Made by a program: the position numbers and the translations under genes. Below the pieces are notes generated by a model, which had not been told where the DNA came from, made no database searches, and worked only from the letters and a program-made list of their open reading frames with translations. From the NCBI GenBank assembly GCA_013115125.1, contig JABANN010000026.1, forward strand, positions 1-64,000: DNA of 64,000 nucleotides, read 5' to 3'. This document shows, piece by piece, positions 13,885 to 25,619 of the stretch (position 1 is its first letter; each line of letters begins with the position of its first letter). Source of the DNA: Perkinsus olseni. Lineage: Eukaryota.

Positions 13885-15190
13885 ATGAATCCTGGTTCTG
13901 GTAGGCCATATACTTCTTCTCTCATGCCATCCAGGAAGCGAAGTCGCTCAGAGGAGATGGTGGCATCGCCGCAAGACAAGGAGAATGGTAACGGCCAGAA
14001 CGTGGAGCCAGCGAAAACCTCCAAGCCGAAGAAACGGGCGAAGGCGTCGAGAAAGTCTGCTCCGGAGACTAATAAGAACAATCTTCCCAAAGTTGTTAAT
14101 GTAGCCTATGGCGAAGTGAACAAAAATGGTGAGAAGGTGCCCATGACGGATCTCGAACGTCATAGGAAGGGGAAGGAGGACTTCACAGCGATAGCATGGA
14201 ACGTTGGTTCCCTCCGCTCTCTGCTCAACCACAAAGTTCATGAGCTTGTCGATCTGTGCAAGAAGGAACAGCCCGATGTGATTGGATTCATGGAAATCAA
14301 ACTGTCTAACGAGGACATGTGCGAGGAGTGTGACAATCTACTCCGTGAGGCGGTTGAGGATATCTTGGGGCCTGTGGAAATTGTATGGAACCACTGTACA
14401 GCCAAAAAGGGCTATTCCGGCACTGCGTTCGTGGTTCGAAAGAGTGCCGGGAAGTTCGAGAGCAAACTGGGTATCGATGGTCACGATGATCCGGAGGGCC
14501 GTACCATCACATTAGAGTTCGATGACATGGTCGCAGTACTGTGCTATGTCCCGAACTCAGGGCAGGACTTGAACAGGCTGGGCTATCGTACTGCTGGTAA
14601 GGATTGCTTTGATGCTGAGCTGGCCAAGTACTGTGAAAGCTTCGATAAGGCTACCTTGCTGCTGGGAGATCTGAACGTGGCGGACCGTGATGTGGATATT
14701 TGGAACGTCGATAAGCCGCACATTCCTAAGAGCGCTGGTACTACATAGGGGAGGAATGACAGCCGCTCATTGAGTGTCACCATCGCAACGTCTATGGGCA
14801 TGAGTACCTCGATTCCGTTTCATATGCTTACTTCGGGACAAGCAAGTTCTTTCCTCACCTCTGCTGGAGTTTTGTTTGATGTCTTCTGCAGGTACCACGA
14901 ATGAGGAGCGAGAGTCCTTCCGGGAGCACTACACGTCCAAGGGCTTCATCGATACATTTGCCGACATGCATCCAGAAGCTACCGGCTGCTTCTCCTACTG
15001 GTCTGTTCGAGCACGCAATAAGCCGAAGAATAGGGGCCTCAGGCTCGACTACGTTATGGCAGCTCCGGGCTTCCCAGCCGATAAAATTAAAGATGCGTTC
15101 ATTCTCGAGGACTTCGCTCCCCACGGTGACCATTGTCCAGTCGGTGTCACCTTTAAGAGGTCTAAGAAGCACCCGCTCAAGCGACTCTAG
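13885..15190 (+). CDS. AP endonuclease, ExoIII/APE1 (EEP) family; 2 exons (intron 14738-14891)
   Basis: IAWNVGSLR, PDVIGFMEIK, KKGYSGTA, EGRTITLEF, YVPNSG, LGDLNVA, FSYWS, GLRLDY and GDHCPV motifs, with a basic NLS-like N-terminus. The start is 13885 or 13925. Confidence 0.95.
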
Positions 15191-15212
15191 GCCCCCAGCT
15201 GCTCCTGACGCT

Positions 15213-18200
15213 ATGGCAGCTGTCATTGTTACCGAGGGCCACCCTTTGTCTTCGCTGGAGGGACTTTTGCACGAAACCTTGTACGATTTTCTATTCAGTT
15301 CAGGGTTGGGTTGAAGTAATGTACGAGCGGGAAGAGGAAGGGCACCCGCTTATGAATCATAAGATGGAGGGCCGTGTAGTTGGCCCCAGGATCGGCCAGC
15401 ATTATTGTTGCCACTATCACCATGGTTACCATTGAGTAGGACGGCAGACGGGCATCAACCTCTCTAGAAGAGGTGCCTCGCTATTAGCAACGGTCTTGTG
15501 TTAGTTGCTTCTGTCAATCAACCGAGAGGCTCCGCTTGAACCGTTATACGGTTCTAAACAATTCCTGGGTGACAGAGCAACACAAAGTGTCCTCGCTTTT
15601 CCTCGCAACTCGAGTAACACAGCTGCTGCCCTGCAACCAGCAGGGGTTGGTGCACCCTGACCTATGGAGTGATACACACAGAGAACGTCTATCAGCTTGT
15701 GTCGCCAAGGCGGTGTCTACTAACCTTGAGATATGTCCGTACAGTCCTCTCATCGTACTGTACCACTACCGCCATCATCATCGACGGCCGGCACGCTGTT
15801 CACTGGGGAGACCACCATCTCCAGTGCAGAGGCTGCTGCTCCTCCTCCCGCCGCTGTAGAGTTAGATCTCTTGATGGGATCCACTGCTAGTCGGTATCCC
15901 AATGTGGTGAGTACCATCCTCGCCGAGGATGCGCTCTCGCCGCTCATCGTCCTCCTTCTGGCAGCTCCACTTCCTACCAACAGACGCCAATATCATAATC
16001 ATGGCGGTGGGGGCGGTAGTGGTGATGCAAGACCTGAGTAACCCTCATGAGCAGACACTTCTCAGGGGCCACGATTCTGAGGTATATATTGTATGGTCAG
16101 CATTGCTGGCCTTATAGCGACCTGTCAGGTCTGTGCCTTGGCAGTGTGCAAGAACGGAAGGTTTATAGCGAGTGGCCAGCTCGGGTCGGAGACTCAAAAG
16201 GTGTTAAGTTAGTGTCGAGGCGTGTTCTGCTATGAATCACCTTACGTCATGCATGAAGCTTGCTGTTCTTGCTCCTCACACCGCGGTCCTCAACTCAGGG
16301 TCAAGTAGCAGCAGTGAAGGTTTGGTCGGTGCCTGACAAGGCGGATATCCTCACCTTACCTGGGATATGCGGCAAGTAGGGTCCGTTGCCGGATAGCATT
16401 CCTGATGCCTTACTGCAGATGCATGGGACTCGCCCTGAGCGATGACGGCAAGTTCCTCGCAGCTGCCGGCCTCAACCAGATGCTGATAGTATGGGATGTG
16501 TCTAGTGGTGGAGAGCAGGTAGGCAGCTCTAAGGACAATCCCATCACTGAGTCGACTGTGCTGCACCACGGATGTGATGCTCGTGCTGTTGCTTGTAGTG
16601 TATCAGTAGTCTGAAGAACCATCAGACGCCTGTCTTATTGACCATTCAGATATATGCCCGTCGAACAGAGCAGCTCTGCAGCATTCTGGCATTACATCTC
16701 GTATCCCAGGCCAACGATGGACCCCATGGTCAGCGGCCCCCTCGAGTCGTGAGAGCTCAGTAAGGGCATGTTCTTCTATCATCCATCCTCACTGCCCGCC
16801 TGGTGTCTATAATGTTCACAGGGGTCAGCTCATCCCGGTACAATCGAACGTGACAGCCACTGTGTTTGCCGCGTAAGGGCAAATCGCCCGCTCAAAACTT
16901 AATCTTAGTCGGTCCATCGAGTTCGAGACCGTTTTGGAGCCGGTCGGGCCATTCGCGCTCTAGTTCCTCTGCCTATGGTCAGGCAGCAGCATCATCAGCA
17001 TCAGTCGAAGTATGTTCTGTGCACAGCCCAGGAGAGTCTAGTTATGAAACATACGATAGAGTTTGATATATCCCAGATGAGCTATGTACTCACAACTCAC
17101 AAGATGCAGATGCCAGGTGATGATAGTCGTGCGCTACGTATCCTCATCACCCGCTTGCTCACATGCCTGCAGGTCACAGCCTGCTACGCAACTACACCTG
17201 TGGTGTCATCATCTCGGGCCAGTTGGTTACAGGAACACAGCAAGGAGAGCTATGCGTATTTAGCTTGGATGCTATGGTAGGTTCCATCGACCTCCCCTCA
17301 CTTCACCACTCTAAGTAAATTATCGACGCGACTTTATAAAGGAGCTCGAATCGATTCAGGTGTTCCGTGCCAGCATGCCGTGCTGTAACGGCACGGTGAG
17401 ATCTCTAGCCCTCATTGGAGGGTCCTTGTATGTGGCAGGAGGGGATGGCAAAGTAGTCAGGCTGAGTGTGATGGCTGTTGAAGCTTCATAGTAGATACGA
17501 TCGTTCGAGGGGTCCGATGTCCAGTGGCATGTGGTGGCCGAGAACGCTGTTGATCCTGCAGCATCTGGGAAAGGTATCCACCCTACCTTCACTATCACCT
17601 TGGTCTGCCCTCAACCGATCTGCGGTGATCGTGGCCGATTCGAATCCTCGACGTCATTTATTGCGGTGTTGCACGGGGTTGAATAATTTGGACTCGCTGT
17701 TTGGATTCCCATCTGTAGGTTCGGGCCTCCTGTGCCTCACACCCTCGCCCTCTGGCAAAGAGCTTCTTGCTACATCATCCAACGGCAAGCTATGGCGTAT
17801 CAAAGCACGCTCATTGGAAGCTTCCCTCTTACAGTCCAGTGTTACAGGAGAGGTCATCACCCACAGGCTCCCGCTAGGCCGATTAACTCCTCTCAAGTCA
17901 GGTGACGTGTGTAGCATTCGGCAAGGACGACAGTAACCATCTGATGTCTGGGTCCTCCTTTGGACGGCTTGTCCTGTGGGACCTCGGTCAGCTCAACCCC
18001 GTCGCCACTGCCCAGGTAGCCTCTCACATCAAATGGCTTCTTTCATCATTGGGATACACCCTCATGGAACGATGCCACCTTTAGCTTATCTCTAATCGAG
18101 CATTCTGTGTATCAATCCGCGCATCTCGTGCTGCGACGTGTCAATCCCGGGCAGCCGAGGGAGCTGTGTTCTGTTCACTCCATGATCGAGTTTTCTATAA

Positions 18201-19968
18201 CACCAGATCCTTCCAACGATTTCATCATTCAATCATTATTGTGCAATATTTGAGGGGCTCCCCACGAGCGATGCTGTCTGTCATGAGTATACCGCTCGTT
18301 GTGTGAACACTGAGGTTCTGTCTTTGCTGCCTCTGCCCAGCATGGTACCATTCGAAATTGGAATTTCCTCAACCCGTCCATGAGCAATAACCTCGTGTAA
18401 TGGCAGGTGAAGTCACGTGTCGAGTGCCTGTGTGCAGGACCGGCAGCTACTTCGGAAGCACTAGGCGGGTGAGTATGATCTACCATCTTTTCTCAGCAAT
18501 CATGTTGCTAGCTATGAGGACGGCTTTGTGAGATGCTGGCGTGTGAGGCTGGGAGACAACAGTGCACTCCTATGGGAGATACCAAACGCTCATCGTACCA
18601 AGGTATCCACGGTAAGATCGGACACCACTCCCCATGCCGCAAACTTGATGTGGTCAGGTTGCGTGTTCATCGCTGTACGTGGTCACTGGTGGTGGACCCG
18701 GCTGTTGCGCCGTCCGGATTTGGCATCGGCAGACGAGGGAGCTGCTCATACAGTTTCAAGAGCACAACCCAAGGTCTCCAATAACCTAGTTTCGTCGGTG
18801 CGACTTCGACCCTATAGGACCTGCCCGACGGGGGTTGTCACCGTCCTGGTCGACGTAACGTCCCCGCATATCGTCCACAGTACCGCGGGTGATGGACAGA
18901 TAGTTACCTTCGATCTGAAGGCTGGGAAGGCGCAGATCAAGCACCTTTGGAAGGGAGGTTGGTAGCGGCTGCAACCCCGACTGATCCATGTTCGTGACAT
19001 CTGACGAGCTTCAGAGTCTTTAAGCTGGTCCGGAAGTCGATTGTTCAGGTCAAGTGACTGGTATGACGCAGAGGTTGGACTCGGAGAATGAGCTCATAAC
19101 CTGCCACATGGATGGTCGTTTGATGTTCTGGGATATCGACTATGCTGACCCTGTTGCTGGCCTTCAAGCGAGCAGTAGGGACTGACGACTCTCTTCTCCT
19201 CAGTTCTCTCGCATTACTCTACTGCTAGGCCCTCATGCACTCCAGCGTGCACTTTCTCGGCTACGATGCGTGACGATGTCTCCTGATGGACGGTAAGGTT
19301 CGCTGGTACCCCTATTCGTCGCTCTGTGCGGTATTGAATCACTCGCCATGGACATTGCGCGCTGTCGGCGCTCAGTAGTTTGGCGATCCTCTAGATCTAA
19401 AAGCTGGACTGGTCGTGAAGAAGGAATAGCCCAACAACGGCGTTGTTTTCTCTACTCTAACGTGTATTATCACTAAGGTACGTGGCGGCTGGTGCGGAGG
19501 ATGGTGAGACGTACATCTTCGACTTGAAGACCTCCCAGCAGCTGCCGCCCACTTCAAGCGGGAAACCCAATGGGCATTCGGGAGGTGGTCATTGGATGAT
19601 GTGTGGACTGCTCTCAGTGTCAACAGCGGTCACGAATAGGGAATGCGTCCTCCTGAGTCTCCACCATCGTCTTGTCACTCACCTCTTGCCGCTTTACTGT
19701 AGCTTTGCAGGAGGCCTCGAGGCGCACTGCCCGTGAGGCGGCCTGGTCACACTGCCTGTGAGGGGCCTGGTCGCACTGCTACCGTCGCTATCTTCCGCTC
19801 TTTTCAGTCGTCTGTTCGATCTGTTGGTCACCAGACAGTCGTCAGCTCGCCACAGCAGCTAAGGATCAGAGCCTGGGCTTATGGAACTTCTATGAGGAAC
19901 CTCATCACGAGGGGAAGACGGAAGGTGAGGACGATGATGGTACGAGGTCTGCTGCTGAGGGAAGCTGA
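15213..19968 (+). CDS. WD40-repeat protein, CFAP52/WDR16-like (flagellar), multi-exon
   Basis: AVGAVVVMQDLSNPHEQTLLRGHDSEV|CALAVCKNGRFIASGQ, LALSDDGKFLAAAG...LIVWD, LMSGSSFGRLVLWDL, WEIPNAH and GHSG|VVCSICWSPDSRQLATAAKDQSLGLWNF. Whether 15213-15740 belongs to this gene is uncertain. Confidence 0.75.
19722..19779. repeat. Tandem repeat of a ~25-nt unit (about 2.3 copies) in the last WD40 intron
   Basis: cgcactgcccgtgaggcggcctggt / cacactgcctgtgaggggcctggt / cgcactgc. Confidence 0.8.
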
Positions 19969-20214
19969 TCTCGCCTGTGTGACGAGGATGATGGTGTTGG
20001 GCATGAGAACATAGGTGTATCTGATCATGGCTGATGTCGTCTGGCTTGCATTCATCAATCATTCCCTTTTGAGTGGAATCCTTCTACGCATGAGTCGTTC
20101 GCTCCATCGTTCGCTCGAGATCTCCAAGATTTATCCGCATCGCCGTCTTGTCAGTTGCGCAATAGTTTGGCCCCGGCCACACGTTTCCCACAGCTCTCAT
20201 CCCCCGGTTATAAA

Positions 20215-21246
20215 ATGTTGTTCTGCGATCGTCGTAGTGCTCCCACTTTGGACCTCCGTCTGATGGAGTCCCTGTGGATGAGGAAGGATTGCAATGTTGG
20301 GCCGATGGTGGAACTCCAGGCCGTCATACAGGAGTTCATTGGCCCCGACAGCCACCAGACGTCCTTGGACTGCTTCACTGAGGTCTTTCCCATCGCCAAG
20401 AAGCCAGACGCCTCCATCGTCCGTAACGGTGAGCCCATCGGTATCTACATCGAGGAGGAGAGGATAACGTTGAGGTCTGTCCTGGAGAATAACCCATTCG
20501 TCATGGAGCTGGAGTCTTCATGCTTGAAGGGCTCCCTGATCGACTTTGCCGCTGCCGAGGACCATCTTATAGTATTCAATAGAGCTTCCAACAGGGTATA
20601 CACCTTCGACCTGCACAGGCGATCCTGCATCGGCATCTGTGAGATTAGGGGGTTACCAGTGAACGGCGAGAAACATGTGGTGATGAAGTGCTGCAAGGGC
20701 CGTGTTTTGTTCTGCTTTGGCTACAAGAGTGTTATACGCCTTTACGATGCAGAATTGAGGGGGAGTACTTCATTCTCACAGGCCAGGAGACTACTATGTC
20801 GATCTACGGTAAATGGAAAGCTGCAGACCATGGACATAAGTTGCCGCCCGTCTGATACCTATCTGTCAGTCCGAATTGTGTTTGGTGATGATTTTGATTA
20901 TTATGCCCTATCTTTGACCTTGAGTGGAGGTGATCGTCCTCAGATTTTCAAGAAGAATCAACGTGCTGTGTTGGAGCGTGACCATCTAAGGCCTGATGAC
21001 GGCTCGGTCAAGTTGGCGGGCCATGATTCTGTCGTGGTGAATGACTGGAAGTACGATGATAAAGTTGTGTGGAAGCTGCTTGACGTGGTTGACCGGAGGT
21101 CAATGAGCCTCCCCATCCCATCCAACGCTGTGGTTGCATCTGCTGGCTGTATGCCCCAGGGTGTCCTATACGTCGCGACGGTGAATTCTCATACCGATGT
21201 ATGGCTCCTTCATTGCTACCAACCCATCGAAGAATCGGAATCATGA
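20215..21246 (+). CDS. Intronless unknown-family protein, paralog 1
   Basis: ORF starts MLFCDRRS and its first ~100 codons are nearly identical to those at 21946 and 24413. The C-terminus is beta-strand-like. Confidence 0.8.
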   Translation: MLFCDRRSAPTLDLRLMESLWMRKDCNVGPMVELQAVIQEFIGPDSHQTSLDCFTEVFPIAKKPDASIVRNGEPIGIYIEEERITLRSVLENNPFVMELESSCLKGSLIDFAAAEDHLIVFNRASNRVYTFDLHRRSCIGICEIRGLPVNGEKHVVMKCCKGRVLFCFGYKSVIRLYDAELRGSTSFSQARRLLCRSTVNGKLQTMDISCRPSDTYLSVRIVFGDDFDYYALSLTLSGGDRPQIFKKNQRAVLERDHLRPDDGSVKLAGHDSVVVNDWKYDDKVVWKLLDVVDRRSMSLPIPSNAVVASAGCMPQGVLYVATVNSHTDVWLLHCYQPIEESES

Positions 21247-21945
21247 TGGCTGTATCTCATATTATTCCAAACTTATCAATCGTTTTCTCAGCGAACTTCT
21301 CTGTCTCGGGTTGGCGGTAAGGTTCAGCAAGGGTTACCATCACAGGCGGTAGCACTCCGGCGGCCTTACTCTCTTCGTTTCACTTGTCTCGCTCGCGCTG
21401 AGTCTGTGTGGCAATGCAGCCTTACGGCTCCTGAGTAGGGGGATCTTCAAGCTGTCGTTCTTTCGCCATCTCTCCATCTTCGTATCGACCAGGAAGAGCT
21501 AATGGAAGCGTCAACCTCCTTAGAAGCGTTCCAGGTCTGTGTGTGCTCCGTAAGGACTTGAGCCATGATCGAACCGCAATTCGTATCCTAGAGACCGCAT
21601 ATCTCCAGTGAAATTAATAGAACACTCAACTCATGCTTCGGTCTTTGTTCGAAGAGTTATCTCTCTACGACTCTGTGACAACCTGAGTGGAGAGTAGGCC
21701 TTGTGAACGGCGCCATCTGAATGCTCTCGAATAATATCTGTTCCATCCTGTAAAGAATTCCTAGTAGCATTCCTTAATGGTTGTTTCTCCGACCAAACTG
21801 CAACTATAATCATCATCATTGGACGGGTGTCAGAGATCGTGGGTTGATCTATCCACATCACTTGATAAGCGAAGATTTGAGAAATAAGTCCCGCTGGCTG
21901 CCCCATACCACACGTTTTCCACAGCTCTCATCCCCCGGTTATATA

Positions 21946-22968
21946 ATGTTGTTCTGCGATCGTCGTACTGCTCTCACTTTGGACCTCCGTCTGATGGAGT
22001 CCCTGTGGTTGAGGAAGGATTGCAATGTTGGGCCGATGGTGGAGCTACAGTCCGTCGTACAGGAGTTCATTGGCCCCGACAGCCACCAGACGACCTTGGA
22101 CTGCTTCACTGAGGTCTTTCACATCGCCAAGAAGCCAGATGCCTTCATCGTCCGTCATGGTGAGCTCATCGGTATCTACATCGAGGAGGAGAGAATAACA
22201 TTGAGGTCTGTCCTGGAGAATAACCGATTCGTTATGGAGCTCGATCCACCCTGCCCGAAAGGCTCCTTCATCGACTTCTCTGCCGACGAGGACCGTCTAA
22301 CCGCGTTCGACAGGAAGGCCAACAGACTGTATCTTTATGATCTCGGGAAGGGGCGGTGCACCAGTGTCGTGGAGATCAGAGGGTTGCCACGAGCAGGCGA
22401 GAAGCGTCTCGTGGCGAGGCATGCTGAGAACCGCTTCTTCGTGTGCTTCGGATTCGAGGACGATTTGTCTATGTATGACTGCGAGGTTCGGGGAGGGTCG
22501 TGGTCCTCACAAGCTAGGAGGTTGATAACATACACGGCTCCAAATGACCGCTGGGAAACCATCGACATGAGTTGCTTCTGGTCGGAAACCTGTCTAGCAG
22601 TGAATGTCATTGCAGGTGATGAAATGGATCTTTATTGCTGCTCATTCGTCCTCGATGAGTCCCGACGTCCTCGTGTACTGAGGAAGATCTGGGGAGGTGT
22701 CTTAGAGCATGCAATCGAGCCACGAGATACCGCCTCTGTTCACTTCGTCTCCCACACATGTTTCATCGTGCGCCGCAGGAACGACGATGATGGTGTGTCT
22801 TGGTACCTCGGAGATATCGACAGCGGTGAACCAGAGCTCATAGCCCTGTCTCGGGAGTCGAGCGTGCTGGCCTCTGGATGCATGCCCCAGGGCGTTATGT
22901 ACGCAATTGAGGATGATAACGAGGTGCCTACTGCTTGCACCATTCGACTGCTCCATCGCTACCAATAA
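21946..22968 (+). CDS. Intronless unknown-family protein, paralog 2
   Basis: Same N-terminus as paralog 1 and shares the GCMPQGV and LLHxYQ C-terminal motifs. Confidence 0.8.
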   Translation: MLFCDRRTALTLDLRLMESLWLRKDCNVGPMVELQSVVQEFIGPDSHQTTLDCFTEVFHIAKKPDAFIVRHGELIGIYIEEERITLRSVLENNRFVMELDPPCPKGSFIDFSADEDRLTAFDRKANRLYLYDLGKGRCTSVVEIRGLPRAGEKRLVARHAENRFFVCFGFEDDLSMYDCEVRGGSWSSQARRLITYTAPNDRWETIDMSCFWSETCLAVNVIAGDEMDLYCCSFVLDESRRPRVLRKIWGGVLEHAIEPRDTASVHFVSHTCFIVRRRNDDDGVSWYLGDIDSGEPELIALSRESSVLASGCMPQGVMYAIEDDNEVPTACTIRLLHRYQ

Positions 22969-24412
22969 GCTAATATTCACCATCTCGTTAGTCTTAGTGT
23001 TGTGGCTCTAGCCGTCCTCTGGCTATGCCTCAAAACCTTCTGTTTCCCGCAGCTCAGCATTGCATTAGTGGAAACTTCGACTGGGGGATCCGCCGAGTGC
23101 CTGTCACCGATTGAGCGATGGACTTGTCGCAGGTGTCTCATTTCCCGTCAACTTGAGTGGAGTCGTGATGGCTCTTGTGTCATTCTGAGTCCCTCAGTTA
23201 AGATACCGATGCCTTTAAGTACGGCGGGCTCAACTCGTTTGGGCGAGTCCAAGCAAGCGCACTCGTAATCTCAGGAATGCGCAGAGACACCTGGTGCATC
23301 GCATCCGGCGTTCTTGTGTTCATAATCCATTCAAGCAAGCAATTAGCGTCGCCGGGCCATAGGCAGGACTAGATCGTTGAAGTCACAAGCTCATTCGTGA
23401 GTCGTGAACCGCGACTCAGTACGGTGACTGCGTGGGTGATGCCTCGTGTCTAACCGTATAAGGAGGCTCGGCTTCTTAGCTGCCACGAGTAAACCGAAGT
23501 CTTGACAGCACTACAACTTCTGCTAGTCAGGGAATGAATAGCGGACTACCACCAATTGAGTCCTCTTCCAACGTTGTTGGTCGACTGTCTGTCGCAAATG
23601 CCCATGGGCCAGTCGCGACGCTCCCGAATGGTGAATGGGGCGATCAGAATCCAACCACTGAGATGGCTACGATTTTCCCTAATCTGCTCTAAATGGAACT
23701 GCACCACTTCCCGTGAAAGCTCGACAAGCAAACAGGCAAGAATAACAGAATCGCCAGGCAAGATGGACAATACACTGGCAGCATCGACAAGTGCCAACAG
23801 AAGTTTTACAGCGCGTTAGTGAACGTGTAGTAGCACACAATCGACCGCGTCAGTACTAGCATCATATAATATGCGAGGGCTCCGTATCAGTGATGCAGTG
23901 TCGCCCAACGTAGTGATCTTCTTTGACCAGCCACGTGTCATTGACCTGGGCGTCAAGGGTGAGGCTTGGTTTCGCAGTGTCCTTTCATCAGCGCTGTGTC
24001 AATCTTGTCTGTGTATTGTTTGTCTCGGTTGCAGTACTGTCATTTCCTTGTCTGTTGACTTGCCGAACTAGCACGAATATGGTGTACTGGCGCTAGAACG
24101 CTGGACCACCCTATTCCATGTCTCCTCGGTCTTGCTTGGGAGTGTGGGAAGAGGGTTTCGCTTGGAGATGCCCAAGTCGACACAAAAACCTAACTCTCAC
24201 TCCGCTATAAGCCGAGATTTCGTGTTGAAAATGTGCACATCCGTGTGCTTGACGGCCGCGGGACTTGTAGCCGTGAACAGTCCCTCTCCCTGATCCTCGC
24301 CGAGACGGTCACGTGAGGAGGACGCTCTCTTTCCATTATTCTCCACTGGGGAATCTCCAGACGAAGTCATGGCGTAGCGTGTTCGTCGTAGTTCCCATCC
24401 CCCGGTTTATAA

Positions 24413-25406
24413 ATGTTGTTCTGCGATCGTCGTAGTGCTCTCACTTTGGACCTCCGTCTGATGGATTCCCTGTGGTTGAGGAAGGATTGCAATGTTGGGC
24501 CGATGGTGGAACTACAATCCGTCATACAGGAGTTCATCGGCCCCGACAGCCACCAGACTTCCTTGGACTGCTTCACTGAGACCTTCCACATCGCCAAGAA
24601 GCCAGACGCCTTCATCGTCCGTAACGGTGAGCTCATCGGTATCTACATCGAGGAGGAGAGAATAACATTGAGGTCTGTCCTGGAGAATAACCGATTCGTT
24701 ATGGAGCTCGATCCACCCTGCCCGAAAGGCTCCTTCATCGACTTCTCTGCCGACGAGGACCGTCTAACCGCGTTCGACAGGAAGGCCAACAGACTGTATC
24801 TTTATGATCTCGGGAAGGGGCGGTGCACCAGTGTCGTGGAGATCAGAGGGCTGGTATTCTGAGAACCGCTTCTTCGTGTGCTTCATCCTCAAGGAGGACA
24901 TGTCGCTGTACGATTGTGAGATTTGAGAAGGCTCCTGGTCATCCCAGACTAGGAACCTCATTACATATACCGCGATGAGTGGCGCCTGGAGCATTGTCGA
25001 TATGAGTTGTTCCTGGTCAGCCGCTCATCTGGAAGTTGATATCGTCTGTGGTGACGGCTTTTATTACGATTACCGCTCGTTGGTCTTCGATGAATCCCCA
25101 CGCCCTCGAATTGTGATTGATATATGGAGAGATATGCTACAGTATACGGGCGAGGGGGGGAGCATGGCCAGCTCAGTTTACTTCGTCAGCCACAAGTGCG
25201 TCTTATTGAGCTATTTGAACGATAAAAACAAAGTGTCGTGGACACTTAGAACTCTCGACAGTAGCAATAAGGTATTATTGCCCATTCCTGAAGCATCGAC
25301 TGTTCTAGGCGCTGGGTGCTTGCCTCACGGCATACTATACACCATCGAAGCGGATAAGGAGGCGCCTGCCGCTTGCACCATTCGACTCCTCCATCGCTAT
25401 CAGTGA
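24413..25406 (+). pseudogene. Paralog 3 of the same family, disrupted
   Basis: Net 32-nt deletion at ~24851 relative to paralog 2 causes a frameshift, and there is an in-frame TGA at 24924-24926. Homology continues to CTIRLLHRYQ*. Confidence 0.85.
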
Positions 25407-25619
25407 GAAGGATCTCGTTATCTTTTTCCTAACACAAGTCTAGCTTGCGTTGTTAAGTATGATAGCATCATAGAGCCAAGCGCGACCGCATCATGAGGTC
25501 TCTATAGTATCATGACATGATAATCATGTCCGATGACAAGGCCATCACGAGCCATGCAAACTGTACAACACAAGTCGATCGAAACCCTAGAAACGTGAAT
25601 TCAGAAACGTGGACTTGGA

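Noticed and set aside
19722-19779. CRISPR-like repeat
   Set aside because: Contiguous tandem units without spacers, inside a eukaryotic intron, with no cas genes.
21558-21579. Possible SL relic (…atcatggctcaag on the minus strand; a similar weak match at ~585-598)
   Set aside because: Too degenerate to distinguish from chance.
22970-24400. Possible mobile element between paralogs 2 and 3
   Set aside because: No terminal repeats, target-site duplication, or RT/transposase motifs were seen.
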